From positions 7,750,001 through 7,814,000 of the forward strand of contig JBHGNT010000015.1 of assembly GCA_043228905.1 (NCBI GenBank): a DNA stretch of 64,000 bases, read 5' to 3'. The stretch comes from Azolla caroliniana. Taxonomy: Eukaryota; Plantae; Polypodiophyta. Within the stretch, counting starts at the first letter, position 1. The number at the start of each line of letters is the position of its first letter. Under the pieces are notes generated by a model that worked only from the letters and a program-made list of their open reading frames with translations, searched no databases and had not been told where the DNA came from. The position numbers and the translations under genes are program-made. Positions 47,400 to 60,474 of the stretch are shown in pieces.

Positions 47400-48130
47400 T
47401 TATGTGTACATAACAGCAAGGTCTTTAACTTCTTCTTCAAAGTTAATCCCTTGGGAGGAGAACTTAGACAACACCCAGTTGAAGCTGTTGATGTGGGAGG
47501 TCGTGGATCTGTCTCTCTCACCTTCATATTGAAGAATTGTTGAATCAATATGAGCTTTGACGAGGACTTTTTCTTGTATAAGGTTTGAAATTCCTCCCAC
47601 AAAGAGAATGTTGTTGTCTCCTTGGCCATGTTGAAATAGATGTTCTCGGCTAGGTGTATCCGGATGGTCGATCATGCAATTTTGTCCATCGATCTCCACT
47701 CTTAAGCAAACATCAATGTTGATTTGTCACTTTGGCGAATAGCTTCGACATGTCTTTGGATTATGAGCACACTTGCATCATTTCTTTCCATAGGGCGAAG
47801 TTCTCCCATCGAACTTCCAGATTTCCACATTTGTGCTAAACTGTGTCGCCATTTTCTGGAAAGTAGATGTTGTTGGCCTTGTCTTTTCTCTTAGTCGGAT
47901 AGCTTGTCTTCTCAATCTTTGTTGTTCATTGCCGCTAGACAGCAAGGTCGCTCTGATACCACTTGTTGAATATGATGTGCAAAAGAATATGTGAGGACCT
48001 ATTAGAAGTTGTACAACAAGCAACACAGATGAACTAGAGCAGAAGAAGACAATAGGTAAGAATCCAGATATACAATTGAAGATCTAATGGAAAGTGAGTT
48101 GTGAACGAATCAAACTCTTTTATCCGAAGG
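47400..48130 (-). mobile_element. Tork/Tnt1-like Copia relic: partial LTR, PBS (47950-47961), gag fragment
   Basis: TGGTATCAGAGC; KFDG...AKETTTFSLW...FFNMK gag motifs. Confidence 0.7.
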
Positions 48131-48179
48131 TGTTTGAATAAGATATATCTTTGTTGTAGCCACCATTTTCTCTTATGTA

Positions 48180-49221
48180 TCTGACAACGTTTTCCATAGC
48201 CCCATAAGTTGTCAGACATGATTGCACCATATAATATACGGATTCGGACATGTGCATCCGAATGGTACCATGAGCTACCTGATCCAACTTCATCCATTTG
48301 TTACGCATCTGACAACGTTTTCCATAGCTCATAAGTTGTCAGACATGATTGCACCATATAATATACGGATTCGGACAGGTGCATCTGAATGGTAGCATGA
48401 GCTACCTGATCCAACTTCATCCATTTGTTTGGCTTATATTCTTCAAGAGCTTTTTAATTTTCTATAGGGTCGATCTGTCCCCTCATGATCAGATAGTCTT
48501 GCATCTGTTCTTTTCAGAAGTTGAAGTTGGTGCTATCAAATTTACGAAGACTCATTTCCGATGAGCCGGATTTGGTAGTCATTTCAATGAGGGTTGGCTG
48601 GTCCAATGTTTTGCTTGGAGTAGCTACAACTGAAAGGGAGATACAACCTTATCTCGTCTACCTGAAGTGCATTCTAACCGAAGTGAGCACGAACTGGAAC
48701 AAGGAGTGCTTCTTTCTCTCATAAAGTATGATTTATCAGTTGCTCAATAGAAGTTTCAACATATTGAAACTTGAATAGTCTGATCAACATATCCAATAAT
48801 TTTGGATTCTTTAGCAGATGAACTGAAGTGTTGATGTTGCAAGAGCAAATGATGCTAGTAGTGGATGACCCTAGCTGTGATACCAACTATTGGAAATGGT
48901 CATTGTGAATAGATGTTTGCAATTGTGTGTGCACTATTATGTTTGCTAGTAGACAACAAGTTTATGTGGATGAAACAAAGAGCAATGAACAAAGAAGTCT
49001 GAGACAATTTGCAGAGGAGAGAGAGGGGGAAATAGTGAGGCACCAAAGTACAAACTTTGTATTATTCAAGAACTAGTAATGGCAACAACAAAACTAGTTA
49101 TAAAGTTAGTTATGTACTAACCAAGGTATGGCAAATCCCCTTTATGTTATTTACAAGAATAGCCTAACCTATTTTGTCCAATGAGAATGTGACTACGTCC
49201 ATTATAAGAGCGTATTCGACA
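48180..49221 (-). mobile_element. Second Tork-like Copia relic (LTR, PBS 48874-48885, gag with ~128-bp tandem duplication)
   Basis: LDQVAHGTIRMHMSESVYYMV repeated at 48180-48300 and 48308-48427. Confidence 0.65.
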
Positions 49222-49548
49222 CACCGGTGTCACCAAAGTGTCGAAAATGTATTTCTTGAGAACCCAACACTTAATATCTCTATGATTGCATGTGTTCTCA
49301 AATGCTGAATATGTTCTCTTTCCCGCCTCTAAGCGGTGTATAGCATATTCATTCCATCTATGATTTGAAGGAACTTCAAGGCCAAGATATTTGAAGTTTT
49401 CCACATAATTCAAATGGCCCATTATTGTACATAATGCATGGTTTATCTTTTTTTGGGCTCTTCACAATCTTTTTTTGTACATAATCTTTGTTTTAGAGCT
49501 ATTGACACTTAATTTAGCATGCACGAAAAAAAATTCCAATGTTGATTG
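49222..49548 (-). pseudogene. LINE RT C-terminal fragment
   Basis: YVENFKYLGL...FDTLVTPV motif. Confidence 0.7.
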
Positions 49549-50258
49549 TGTTGAGAGACAAGCTCAGCATCGGCCGAATCAGTTGTAGAAGCCAAGAGTC
49601 GAATTGGTTGGAGATTGATCGACTAGGCCCAAATCGGCTAAACAAGCCGAGGGCCAAGAGCCGAGATTTGGGTAAGCCGAGTCGGAGGGATTTCGGCAGG
49701 CCATTGAAGACCTATATTCCTATTTTAGTAAATAGGAATATTATAGGCAGAATTAATGCCAGGCTCATTTATGAACATTCTAGTACTAATGGTACTTGTT
49801 TGAGCCCGCTCGTCAGGGCTTGTATAAAAAGTGCTCTCTAAGCACATTGTATGTACAAAGCATTCATTATTCAGAATAGAAGTGTTGTTGTCTGCTCTCT
49901 CTTTCTCTCTCTCTCCTTGTGTATCCATTCTCTATGTTTACCTAACTATCGAGTTTCCGAAACTAACTGTGTACTCGGTGTCTATCACACACGCTTCCGC
50001 AATCGAATACTTTTGACATGGTACCAGAGCATGAGGGTTGAGATTCCTCTGCAACCAACAAAAAGTTAAGCAAAAAAGACAAGGTTCTCGTTTTTCGGAA
50101 AAGAAAAGACTGGACCATGGATAGAGGAATGGGAAGCTTGCCTCCGACCGAAAAGCTCGATAGGAGCAACTATGCATCTTGGTTGTACAAGATGCACTAG
50201 TACCTGCTCAGGCATGGTTACTAGAGTTATGTCGACGGAGCTAATGTTGCAACACCCA
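49549..50258 (+). mobile_element. Copia K: 5' LTR (49549-50018), PBS and first ~45 gag codons (G/I/J family)
   Basis: TGTTGAGAGACAAGCTC start, TGGTACCAGAGC, MDRGMGSLPPTEKLD. Confidence 0.85.
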
Positions 50259-51415
50259 AGATATATGAGCAGTCCCGGAAAAGAGCATTAGGCTGCCGTG
50301 AAATGAATATTTTGATACCTGAGAGGCACCTCGAGCGTATGTCTTCACTTTGGCTCAGGTAACCCCACATTCGAAGGCTACACGGATTCAGACATGTTGG
50401 CTGATGCAGATACCAACTGATCCACGTCAAGATACGTAATGACGTATGCAGGGGGAGTTGTCTCGTGGCAATTGAGGTTGCAGAAGGTCGTGGCGCTGTC
50501 GACCACGGAAGCCGAGTAGATGGTCGCAGCAAAAGCGGGCAAGGAAATCATTTGGATGAAAGAGTTTATCAATGAGCTGGGAATTCGGTAGGAAGAATTC
50601 CAACTCTATTGCGATAATTAGAGTGCCATCCACCTTGCAAAAAATGCCGCCTACCACTCAAGGAAAAAGCACATCCAACAGAGGTATCATTGGCTCCGGG
50701 AGAGGGTAGAAGAAAGGGAGTTCGCTCTAGTGAAAGTCCACACGGCTGAAAATGGATCAGATATGTTGACTAAAGTGTTACCAGCCGAAAAGTTGAGCGC
50801 GGGCCAACGGAAGATCGGATTGGTGCAGTGCCCCATGCTGGAGTGAAGGGGGATTTTGTTAGGAAACAAGTCCCTCCGGATGGGAAGAGAAGAACCGAGT
50901 TGATGAGAGACTCGGCCAAGGCCGAAACTGAAATCGTGTAGACAGCCAACTCGGAAGACTATACTTGTAAATAGTCTAAATATGCCCTTATGTGCTACAC
51001 TTGTAAATAACCCAAAAGGTGTACTAGTATAAGTACTTAGGGCAATCATAATGTGATTATGAGTTATTGTTAAAAGTTACTTAGAAGGTCGTTGCCTCTG
51101 TAACTGTGTAACAGTAAGTGAGTGAGAGCGAGAGAGTGTGCAACTGTGTAGCCGTTTGTTGACAAAGTAGAACCTCGAGGTCGTTGCCTCAAAGCTTCTA
51201 GTTGTACTCCTCCTTTTAGCATAGTGATTCTGTTTCTCGAGGTTTGTGGACCCCCATGGTTTTCCCATTTCAGGTTTCCACGTTAAGATCGTGTGTCTTT
51301 GTCTCTTGTGCTATTTCTGTTTTTCATACTCTGTTTGAGTGCATTCTACTTTACGTTTCCCTACACCTGAACATCCGAACAATAAGCCGGTTGTGGCCGG
51401 TCACGATTCTCAACA
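50259..51415 (+). mobile_element. Tork-like Copia L 3' end: RT end, RNase H, PPT, 3' LTR 50857-51415
   Basis: GYTDSD, VALSTTEAE, KHI, DMLTK motifs; GGAGTGAAGGGGGA. Confidence 0.85.
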
Positions 51416-51659
51416 CGAAGTTAGTCTAATCAAGCTTCTCAATAGGGAGAGGCAACAAACAAGCAATGATTGGACTATCTAAATCAAAACTAATTATGTA
51501 CTTCCACATGTAACATGTATGTGTGATTGTTATGTGTCAGTTTTGTGTGTTGTGTCTATGCATGAGAGAGAGAGAGAGAGAGATTATATTATCATCTTCA
51601 GAGGTCAAATATGACCGATGAGACCAAAAAAATTACATTTCATGTTATACGTGTGAAAG

Positions 51660-52211
51660 TGAGTAGTGACTCTCGATGTTCAAGAACTTTACCAATGAAT
51701 GTTGCAATCGAGAGTGCACATTGTGATTGTGAGAGAAATTCGTGCAAGGATTGGGTTTGGTCGAAGATATGTGGAAAGCATGGTCGAATATGTGGAAATG
51801 CAGAGCATTGTATAAAAGTGTGATAGTCAGACTGTCAAACTTGTTTAGGGCAAAGTGTGCATAGTTGACCACTCTCAAATCTCAATGCATGTGAGCTAAG
51901 TCGCATGGAAACAACGGTTCGAATGGAATCCAATCGAATGGGCTCTAATATGTATCAATGTGTACGGTTTCCCCGTTCCGCAAAAGAATATGGTGCAACA
52001 TGTGTAGTATAATATATGAAGTGTGAGCCTCCACATTTTTCCCATGTCATGATACATTGGGATTGCAAAAAGGCCTCATTTACACAGGAATCTAGTGATG
52101 CATCATGAAACAAATGTGTTGCATCCCATCTACCAAACCACTTTTTTATATTTTGCATCTAAAAGGGTCTTTTGGATCCTTTTGTTTCCTTCCCATGCGA
52201 TTCTATGAAGT

Positions 52212-52215
<4 letters not shown>
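51660..52215 (-). pseudogene. LINE 3' fragment with CCHC zinc finger
   Basis: SSHALRFE...CTLCP...YHTFIQC; related inverted copy at 54130-54410. Confidence 0.6.
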
Positions 52216-52242
<27 letters not shown>

Positions 52243-54129
52243 TGGGGAAGATTAGAATGAAGTGACAAATAATACCTAAAGTAAATAAACTATAATCAAC
52301 GTGAAATAATGATTTGTCTAGACAAAATAATGGCATTGATTTATATAGAACTTCAATGGAAGTACACATGGAAGTTAGGAATAATATAATAAGGAATTAG
52401 AGAGTGAGTAACATATCTTGCTTATCTACTTCATTAAATGCATTGGCATATCTTGTTCTCAATGTCATTGGTGGAGGAGATGGTTAATGGCGGCCATGGG
52501 TGGCCCACCCCACACTTCTGTTCATATGCTAAATATAGTGTAATTTGTTTCCCAACCAAAGCCTATGATGCCCAAATAAATAAAAAAATTGTGTGCATAT
52601 GCATTCATCATCCACGTTGCCAAGGAAGCCCCTCACAAATTTATTCCTATATCCCACATGAGCATTGCACTTCTCTTTCATTATGTTTAGGTTCCATAAT
52701 TGTCATATGGATTTCATAGTACAATACTTCAGCACTATAATAAAATAATATTCATTCAAAGGTTATATTAATATATCGATTGTGGTGACATATTTTAATC
52801 AAAACCATTTTGGAAGGATTTTTTTTGCAACAATGATAAGACTTGTGTTTTTAAATCTATCCCATTATGGTTATGACATTCAAAGGAGTTTGGCACTATA
52901 AAATACTTTTGAGAAGCATTTGCGTCTTTCTAATATAATATTTATAGATAGATAGATTTTTAACGACCACGAAAGACTGATGTCGGTTTGGTATAGCATG
53001 GAGGAAGTGAGGTTTTACATTGACGTGTGCACAAGTTTGCATAAGGTGCATGAGGTTGCATAGTTTTATATCTAATTTGAATGAGTTACAAATAGCATAC
53101 AATTGGTAAAGATTTCATGGTAGGCATATAGAATGTTTTTTATAGCACACACATTTGAAGGTTTCCTATATATTTTGAAATCTATATTTCCAATAAGTGT
53201 GCATATTTCCTTTCCAAATATAAGTTTTTTTCTTCTTTTGTAACTGTAAAAATGATTGCCTCTTCTTGTGTAATCCTAAATTGATTCGTCGAGAGGGAAC
53301 CGTTCTTTATTTAATCCAATGTAGACCTACTTAAAACAATATATAATATGAGACACAAATGTAAACTAGTTGCAAGTTGTTTTTTTGTTATATTAACTTT
53401 GTTGTACATGAGGTTGCCTTACCCCAAGTTTTCATGAAGGGTCAAGATACCAAAACACAAAAGTTTGGGGATCCAAGTGGAGAAAGAAATGTTGGCAAAC
53501 CCAGTCACATCAGTAATGTTTACCCTTAGTGGTCATGTTTGTTATATGTATGAAATAGTGATCGAGCTACTTCAAAGGTACAAGATCAATGACTTGGATA
53601 TTAAGACGTTATTTGTAATGTTCATCATCTAAGACTTTTATATATGGAACTTTTAATATGTTGGAGACATGCCCACTTCCACTCAATTCTACTCAATATA
53701 TTAAATATATTGTTATAGAATATAATACCAATCACTAAAAGTGATATTACCAAATTAGGTAAATAGTTTATAAAGATTCTCAATCAATATGCTATGGAAA
53801 TATACTAAAAATGTAAAGAATGGTAGGTATAAAGTCGAACCTTATTTTCATGTAAAAGGTTACCATTTCCTCATCGGGTAATCATAACAAGCTAAAACTT
53901 AGAACATTATTTACTATGTGATTAAAACTCATCAATCTCAATGTAAAGAGTAGGCTTCTTATTTATGCATTTGAAATGACTTAAAGTTCAATCCAAATGC
54001 ATATGGAATTTGATATCTATGCCTAATAATATTACTAAAACTTCTTATTTTGAAGAATTACTTGTTTACATAAACATGTATGAAAGCACATCTCTTGTTC
54101 TTAATCTATATCGGTGCTTCCTGATGACT

Positions 54130-54410
54130 CAATCCAAATGCCTCTCTATTTAAGATTGGACATGGCATTGGAGTATAAATGAGGGCAAAAAACAATTATG
54201 CATATTTTCTACTAAACAAGTTTGTGACTTTGATTATCACACTCTACTCCAACAGACCACCTTCAAACACATTAGAGTTTGTGTTGCCCAAATCTCAACA
54301 TGAACCTACCCTATGCAAGGTTCTATCTTCAAATTCACAATGCCCACTCTCAATTGATATGTTCATTGCTAAATTTATTGAATATAGAGGGACACTAATA
54401 AACTCCATGC
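54130..54410 (+). pseudogene. LINE 3' relic
   Basis: Similarity to reverse complement of 51660-51900. Confidence 0.5.
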
Positions 54411-54959
54411 AAAATAAGTAGACCACAATAATCTTGGAGATATGGTATACAAATATGTGTGGTTATTGTATATACACATCAAATTGGCCATGATGTGAGT
54501 ACAAGGGAATTATTTGGTATATTCGTTTATCCAACACAACTTTTGTATTTCCTAGGATTTTATAATACCAAGACATATCTTTGTGTTAAAAAACAAATCT
54601 CCACGCAAGATAAGTGAAAATGTTTCACTTTGAACTTTAGATATATTACTAAGATTTAAGTTTATAATATGAATGCATTACTTCTAATCCGTGTGGTTTT
54701 ATTGCGGATGACTAGTAATCGTTGTGAAACCCTAATTAGAATTTCTTGAACTTATATATGAAAGGAACATATTATCATCAAAATAGAAAATATCAGAATA
54801 ATATGACTTAAATGACCAAATTAAAGGAAACACAATATAAAGAGTATTTTTTGTCATATGCTAAGAACATCATAGGCATTGCAAACCAATCCATTTTACA
54901 TACAATGATACAATGGGTGTATTTCACCACAATCTTGCATTATAAGTCAATCAATTTTT

Positions 54960-55450
54960 TGTGATACTAGAGGACGGAAAGTGAGATTGATGTTTTTCAA
55001 TGATATGTTGGTCCAAGGGTTGCTTTATGGAGTGGAAGTATGGGGTGGCAATACCTCATTTAGTGCATGCAATGAAATCGAGAAAATTGTAAAATTGTTA
55101 TTATATATACAATTAGGAATTAAATTCTCAACATCCTACCATGTAATGTTACTAGAAACTAGTACTAGCTATGCAAACAATGTACAAGGATATTACAAAA
55201 GTGAGGAGTATGCGTGATCACATGTTGCACAAACATGCTTGGCACATAGGATATATGGTACAAAAAATCCTCTCATATGATTGGGTGTTTGTTGTAAATT
55301 ATGAAATGGTTTAAAAGCTATGTAGTAGAAGAGCTATTGGAGATATTAGGTGATGTTATGAAGTTTGTGATCATCAAGGATAGATAGGATAGATTACTAG
55401 AGGCACTAAGGATGTGGTGGCAAGATTCTATCAAAATTGGAATATTACAT
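54960..55450 (+). pseudogene. LINE post-RT relic
   Basis: LLYGVEVWG...VMLLET motif. Confidence 0.6.
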
Positions 55451-57000
55451 TACAAATGTTAATCATCATTGACCTTGACCTTAACACGAGGTAAGAATGC
55501 CAATTTATCCAACCACACCTTATAGCTAACCCCATGAGCCTTGTGTCTTAGAGAGCTCTTATACTTCTTCGATTATGCCCAAAGAAGCTAGATTTTGAGG
55601 TAGCATCCCAAGAAGTATGATGGTTTAAGTATCATGATCAAATTTGCAACCTAGAAGGGTGAGCACATTCTCGGTAAAATTATTTTCACATAGAGAGTTA
55701 TTACTAAAGAGTTGTATACCCCCTTCTTAGGAAGAACTGACATACAAGACGATATGTTTATTCAATACCATAGGTCAAAATTTGTCTCCACATGGACAAT
55801 AAAAAATCTAATTCAATTTGTATATTATACGCATCATTTACATGAAGTTTCATAGTATCTAGTGTGTTAGAACTTTATACATGAAGATGCTAAACTTTCT
55901 TTCAATATAGAATACTTTATCTTTAAAAGCAAATCCTCCATTTTTAATGCTTGAATCAATTAGATACCTATTCATCAAAAGAATATTTAAGGCTAGTTGA
56001 GTTCTTGATGGTATAATCTATGTTTACGTGAAGTTCATATTGGTCCATCCAACAATACAAATAATTTAAACAAAAACATCCCAATTGGAAATTCTAATCT
56101 TCACATGTCACACAATAGTGATTAAGATTGGATCATCTTGTGTTGTGTTGTCCAAAGGGTGAACATTCTAGGTAAACATTGACCATATATCTTTGTTAAT
56201 TTGATGTCGATGGAGAAGTTCATATTTAACCAATCGAGGATAAGGTTAATAAAATATGTTATCTATCTATTTCTATTGATGGTATGTTTCTTGAATCTCT
56301 TTGAAGACATAAATTATGGTACCTACCTACACACATGCTTTGGGACTTAAAAGCCCATGGCCCTCAGGTCTATAGCTATGGGGCGAGTAAACATTAGGCC
56401 CTATATCTTTATAAATATTAGTAGGGATGTTTGTGAAAGTATGCGAGATAAAAGTGGTCACTCATACATAAATATTGCGAAATGCAAAGGGACACCACAA
56501 TATGAAAGGAATTTTAAAGGTTGGATAATCCAAAACAAATAGAAAAACATGGGACCCTCCACATTAATCATAACCATTATAAATCGAAAGTACTTACTTC
56601 CCCCCATGTCTTTCGGTCTCTCTCTCTCTCTCTCTTTCACACATATCATGCCCTTGGGCATTCTCAACCATATTATGTTATTTGAGCTTCTCCTTCATGT
56701 GCGAGTTGTTTCCATCTTGTGATGTAGTCTACATTTAACATCTTTTCATTAAATCTATGCTATTAAAATCTTTGCATACTAATCAAATCTTATATTTGCC
56801 AAATGATTAAAGCTCTCAAATCTTCTTCGCAATATTTCTATTAACACATTCCTTAGTGCCGCAAGCATAACACACCCACATAAATCCTCATGACACTCGT
56901 TCACAAACTCTTATTCTGACAACACCATCCAATTCCAATACAATCCCTTGCCCTTTTTTGCTACATTATCAACACAATCCTCCCTCCTCAATGAGTAAGT

Positions 57001-57004
<4 letters not shown>

Positions 57005-57038
<34 letters not shown>
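57005..57038. repeat. (CA)n microsatellite
   Basis: Direct inspection. Confidence 0.95.
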
Positions 57039-57039
<1 letters not shown>

Positions 57040-57673
57040 GGGCTAGACCCAACCCCTGAAGATGTGTTACCATGTGCCTAAATGTGTGCCTCACCATACA
57101 CTAGCTACAACGGTCCATATAATGTTGTTGTTGGGCTGCTTTCTTCTCTTAAGAACTCTTCTTCTCCTCGTAGTCATGGGTAAATATCACAACACTCTTT
57201 CTCCTTTCTCACACACTGTTTGGATGGTATTTAGGAAGTATATAGTTGTAAGTAGTAATATCAGGCTCATCTTTTGCATATAATTATTAGTGCAACAAGA
57301 CATAAAGGATCTTTGTATGTGGCTTTAATTAACGTCACTAGATGTGAAGGCTTAAGAATTTATGAGGTCTAATTTGTGATGATCGGGTACTTAAATGGAT
57401 TCTGCAGGGGAGCGACCTTCGAACGAATTAGTTGCAGATGGGAGGCTGATGAGCGTGATGGATAATCCACCTCTACGGAACCATAAGGTGATGATAAAAT
57501 CCTCCCCCCCAATTCTTTCTATGACAACGTCCATGACTACTACTAGTAGTAGTTATGCATTAAACATATGAAGTGCAATGATCAAACTGATGTTTCACCC
57601 CACCCCCATGGATAATGACATTATAAGTTTTTACTAGCCACTTCCCGTTTTCAGATCTGGTATACTTTTATTG

Positions 57674-57675
<2 letters not shown>

Positions 57676-57713
<38 letters not shown>
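57676..57713. repeat. (CT)n microsatellite
   Basis: Direct inspection. Confidence 0.95.
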
Positions 57714-57716
<3 letters not shown>

Positions 57717-57797
57717 GTAAAAGCACACAATTATATTAATTGTATGCAAAATCCACTTAGTTACAACACTTCTTAGTTTCCTCTACCTATCATATTC

Positions 57798-58157
57798 CTA
57801 TGTAGGGAGAGGGGTGTTCCGCAATGCTTTCACCCCATGTCTATTATCAAACATGAAAGCATTATGCATATTCCAATTGTGTTGTAGACCCCAATAACGT
57901 AAAAATTGGAACAATATCTCCATCTCATCATTTGATCCATTTTGAACATATTGAGAAAAAACCCATTGTTGAGGTCTCAAACAACAACGGGTTAAAACTT
58001 GCGAAATGTCCGATAAGTACTTCCAAATGGTATACGCGATAGGACATTTAATGAACCTATGTGTACCATCCTCCAATGGAACGGTGCAAAAGAAACAAGT
58101 GCTAGACCCTAGTCCTCGTCTCTTTAAGGCCGAACCTAATGGGAGCCCACCAATCAT
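57798..58157 (-). pseudogene. L1-type LINE zf-RVT fragment
   Basis: GLPLGSALKRRG...CFFC...EDGTHRFIKCPIAYTIW. Confidence 0.75.
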
Positions 58158-59029
58158 GACTCTCTCTCTCTCTCATGGGCTTCATGTTGAGCACCTTTGC
58201 AAATATTTGTTATTGTCGCATGGGGTTCATGTTGAGCACCTTCATGGTAGACTTACACGACATTAACATAATCTTTGTTATTTAAAATAAGGTTCTATAC
58301 ATTAAGGAGGTGTTCTGAGTGAATCTCATAGGAATATCATAATTACCAACTACTAGCATATCATAATAATACAAGGGATAAAAAGGTAATAATGTAACAC
58401 GCCCATTTTTATCCTTCTAAAGCTAACAAAAAGTTTGTTACTTTTAAAGACATGAAAATTTGGCAATAATGTAGAACCTAAAGTTTTGAATAGGTTTAAA
58501 AGAATCTTATATTTCTACAAAAAGTTCAAACTAATTTGTTATGTCTAGATATTTTACATCAAATCTATGAGAAATTATGTTATCTCAGTGATGTTCTATG
58601 TACCTTGCAGGAGGAACACATCCTTCTAAGGAATAGAAGGCTATTAGAGTCAAGAATAACTTTAGTTAAGCATACCTCAATGTTTAAGTCAGATCCAACG
58701 AAATTTCATTACCAAACAAAAGAAGAATTTGTATTTCATGAGGACTATAAGCCAAAAACTCACAAACCATCTAATAACTAAAGACTTTATGATAACCGTC
58801 TTCATGAGTTTCGATGTTGAGTAATGATAATTAGACCCTCCCTGCTTTATGGGGCACTGCTCATCACAATCAACTAAAATTCGATTTTATGTTCAATACA
58901 CAACTTATCACACCAAAATAACTCTAACTTCATGGATATATATAAGGATATACCTCTGTTGCTTCAAATCTACAAGGATATCCCCTAGTACTTTGATCAT
59001 TTAAGCAAACATGCGTAATAGTTAAGTTA

Positions 59030-60400
59030 TATTTGGTATTCTCTCCCCCTTTGAATAATAATGGTCAATATATTGACCTATTTCTTTGTTGTATATATTG
59101 CTACATGCCCAAATGAGTTCATTGTTTCACTTCTAAGTGAAACTAACTATGAAGGCACATTATTCAAATTTCTTGTTTTAATTGTTTTACACATGACTAC
59201 ATTGAGTGGTGGGTGTCTCAAATAGGTTTGGATTCATAAATTTCATTTAGTTGAGGTCATCGCATTCTTCATAGCACATTTGAAACTATTCTAGTATTGA
59301 CTAAATGCTACTTACGGATGCCATATAGTACAATTTACTTTTACTAGAAATAAACAATGGCATGAACTATTCTAATTGTACTTAATAAAATCAGGCAAAG
59401 AGATAATATTCTTCAAATAAAAGAATCAAGAGCTTTAGATTCTCACATTTGCTACCCAATTTTTGCTACAACAATATACATATTCATTAAGATTTTGTAA
59501 GATATTCAATCGGTTGAACTCCTATCGCATAAAAACGAATGCATTGGATTAATGTTTCAACATTGAGGGCATAAAATGTATAATATGAATTAAGTTACCC
59601 ATGAGCAAACAAGTGGCTAGAGTTGCTAAGAGAACTTTACCATTCTATTAAATCTTCACATCTATATATTGCTTTTTGTGTTGTCGTCCTTCAATTGTTT
59701 TGTCGACACATAACAGAATGATCTAGAGATCCCTTATGCTAATGAAAACAAAGGTGATTCCTACCTCAAACTTGAATTAGTCTCAACAACTATTAAAACG
59801 ATATGACAACATTATTTAATTCCAAAGATTACAATATTTAATGTGACTCCATAAAGATATTCCCTTTTTCATATTGAATAGTTGCCCTAGTTTTAATAAA
59901 TTGGCAATTAGGAAACTATTCCAAGGTTAAGGAATCCCTAAATCGTTGGCATAACCCATTGCCATGAGTTAATATGGTCAAACCGAATTCATCCACACTC
60001 CCTCGCAATAAGAAATGTTCCCTAAAGTACAAACGATAGGAGTTAGATCATATCCATATTGATTGGTCACTTAGAGATTGAGGCATGATGGCAAATATAC
60101 AATTTACACATTTATTTTGTGGTGTTCATCCCCTGTCTTATAATAGAATAGGCCATTTTTCTTCATCATTTCTCATAGGTAAACAAATAACTAATTTATC
60201 TTGTTTCTACTTATCAACATGACTTGAATCTCTTGTGATTGTAAGGATTCTCAATCTATTTCCTTTTTTGGTTAAACCATGGTTGGTCTTCTTCAATTAC
60301 CATCGAGTCATCTACTTCCCTTTGTTATTGTTCTTAAATGTTGATTATCGTTGTTGATTTTTCTGTGTTGATGCCATGAGTTTCAATTAGGTATGTCATA
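59030..60400 (-). mobile_element. Very old, probably Copia-derived relic
   Basis: Faint RFDHIN-like trace near 59975 and PPT-like AAAGGGGGAGAG at ~59041-59052. Confidence 0.25.
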
Positions 60401-60474
60401 TGTTGTGCTTTGCTTTCTCATGGGGCCAGTTAAGGGCCGAAAGCCGTCTTACCACTAAGAACCGTTACAATAGG

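Noticed and set aside
52300-60400. Host protein-coding genes in the AT-rich stretch
   Set aside because: Only short ORFs, LINE relics and microsatellites; no coherent exon chain recognised, though small exons cannot be excluded
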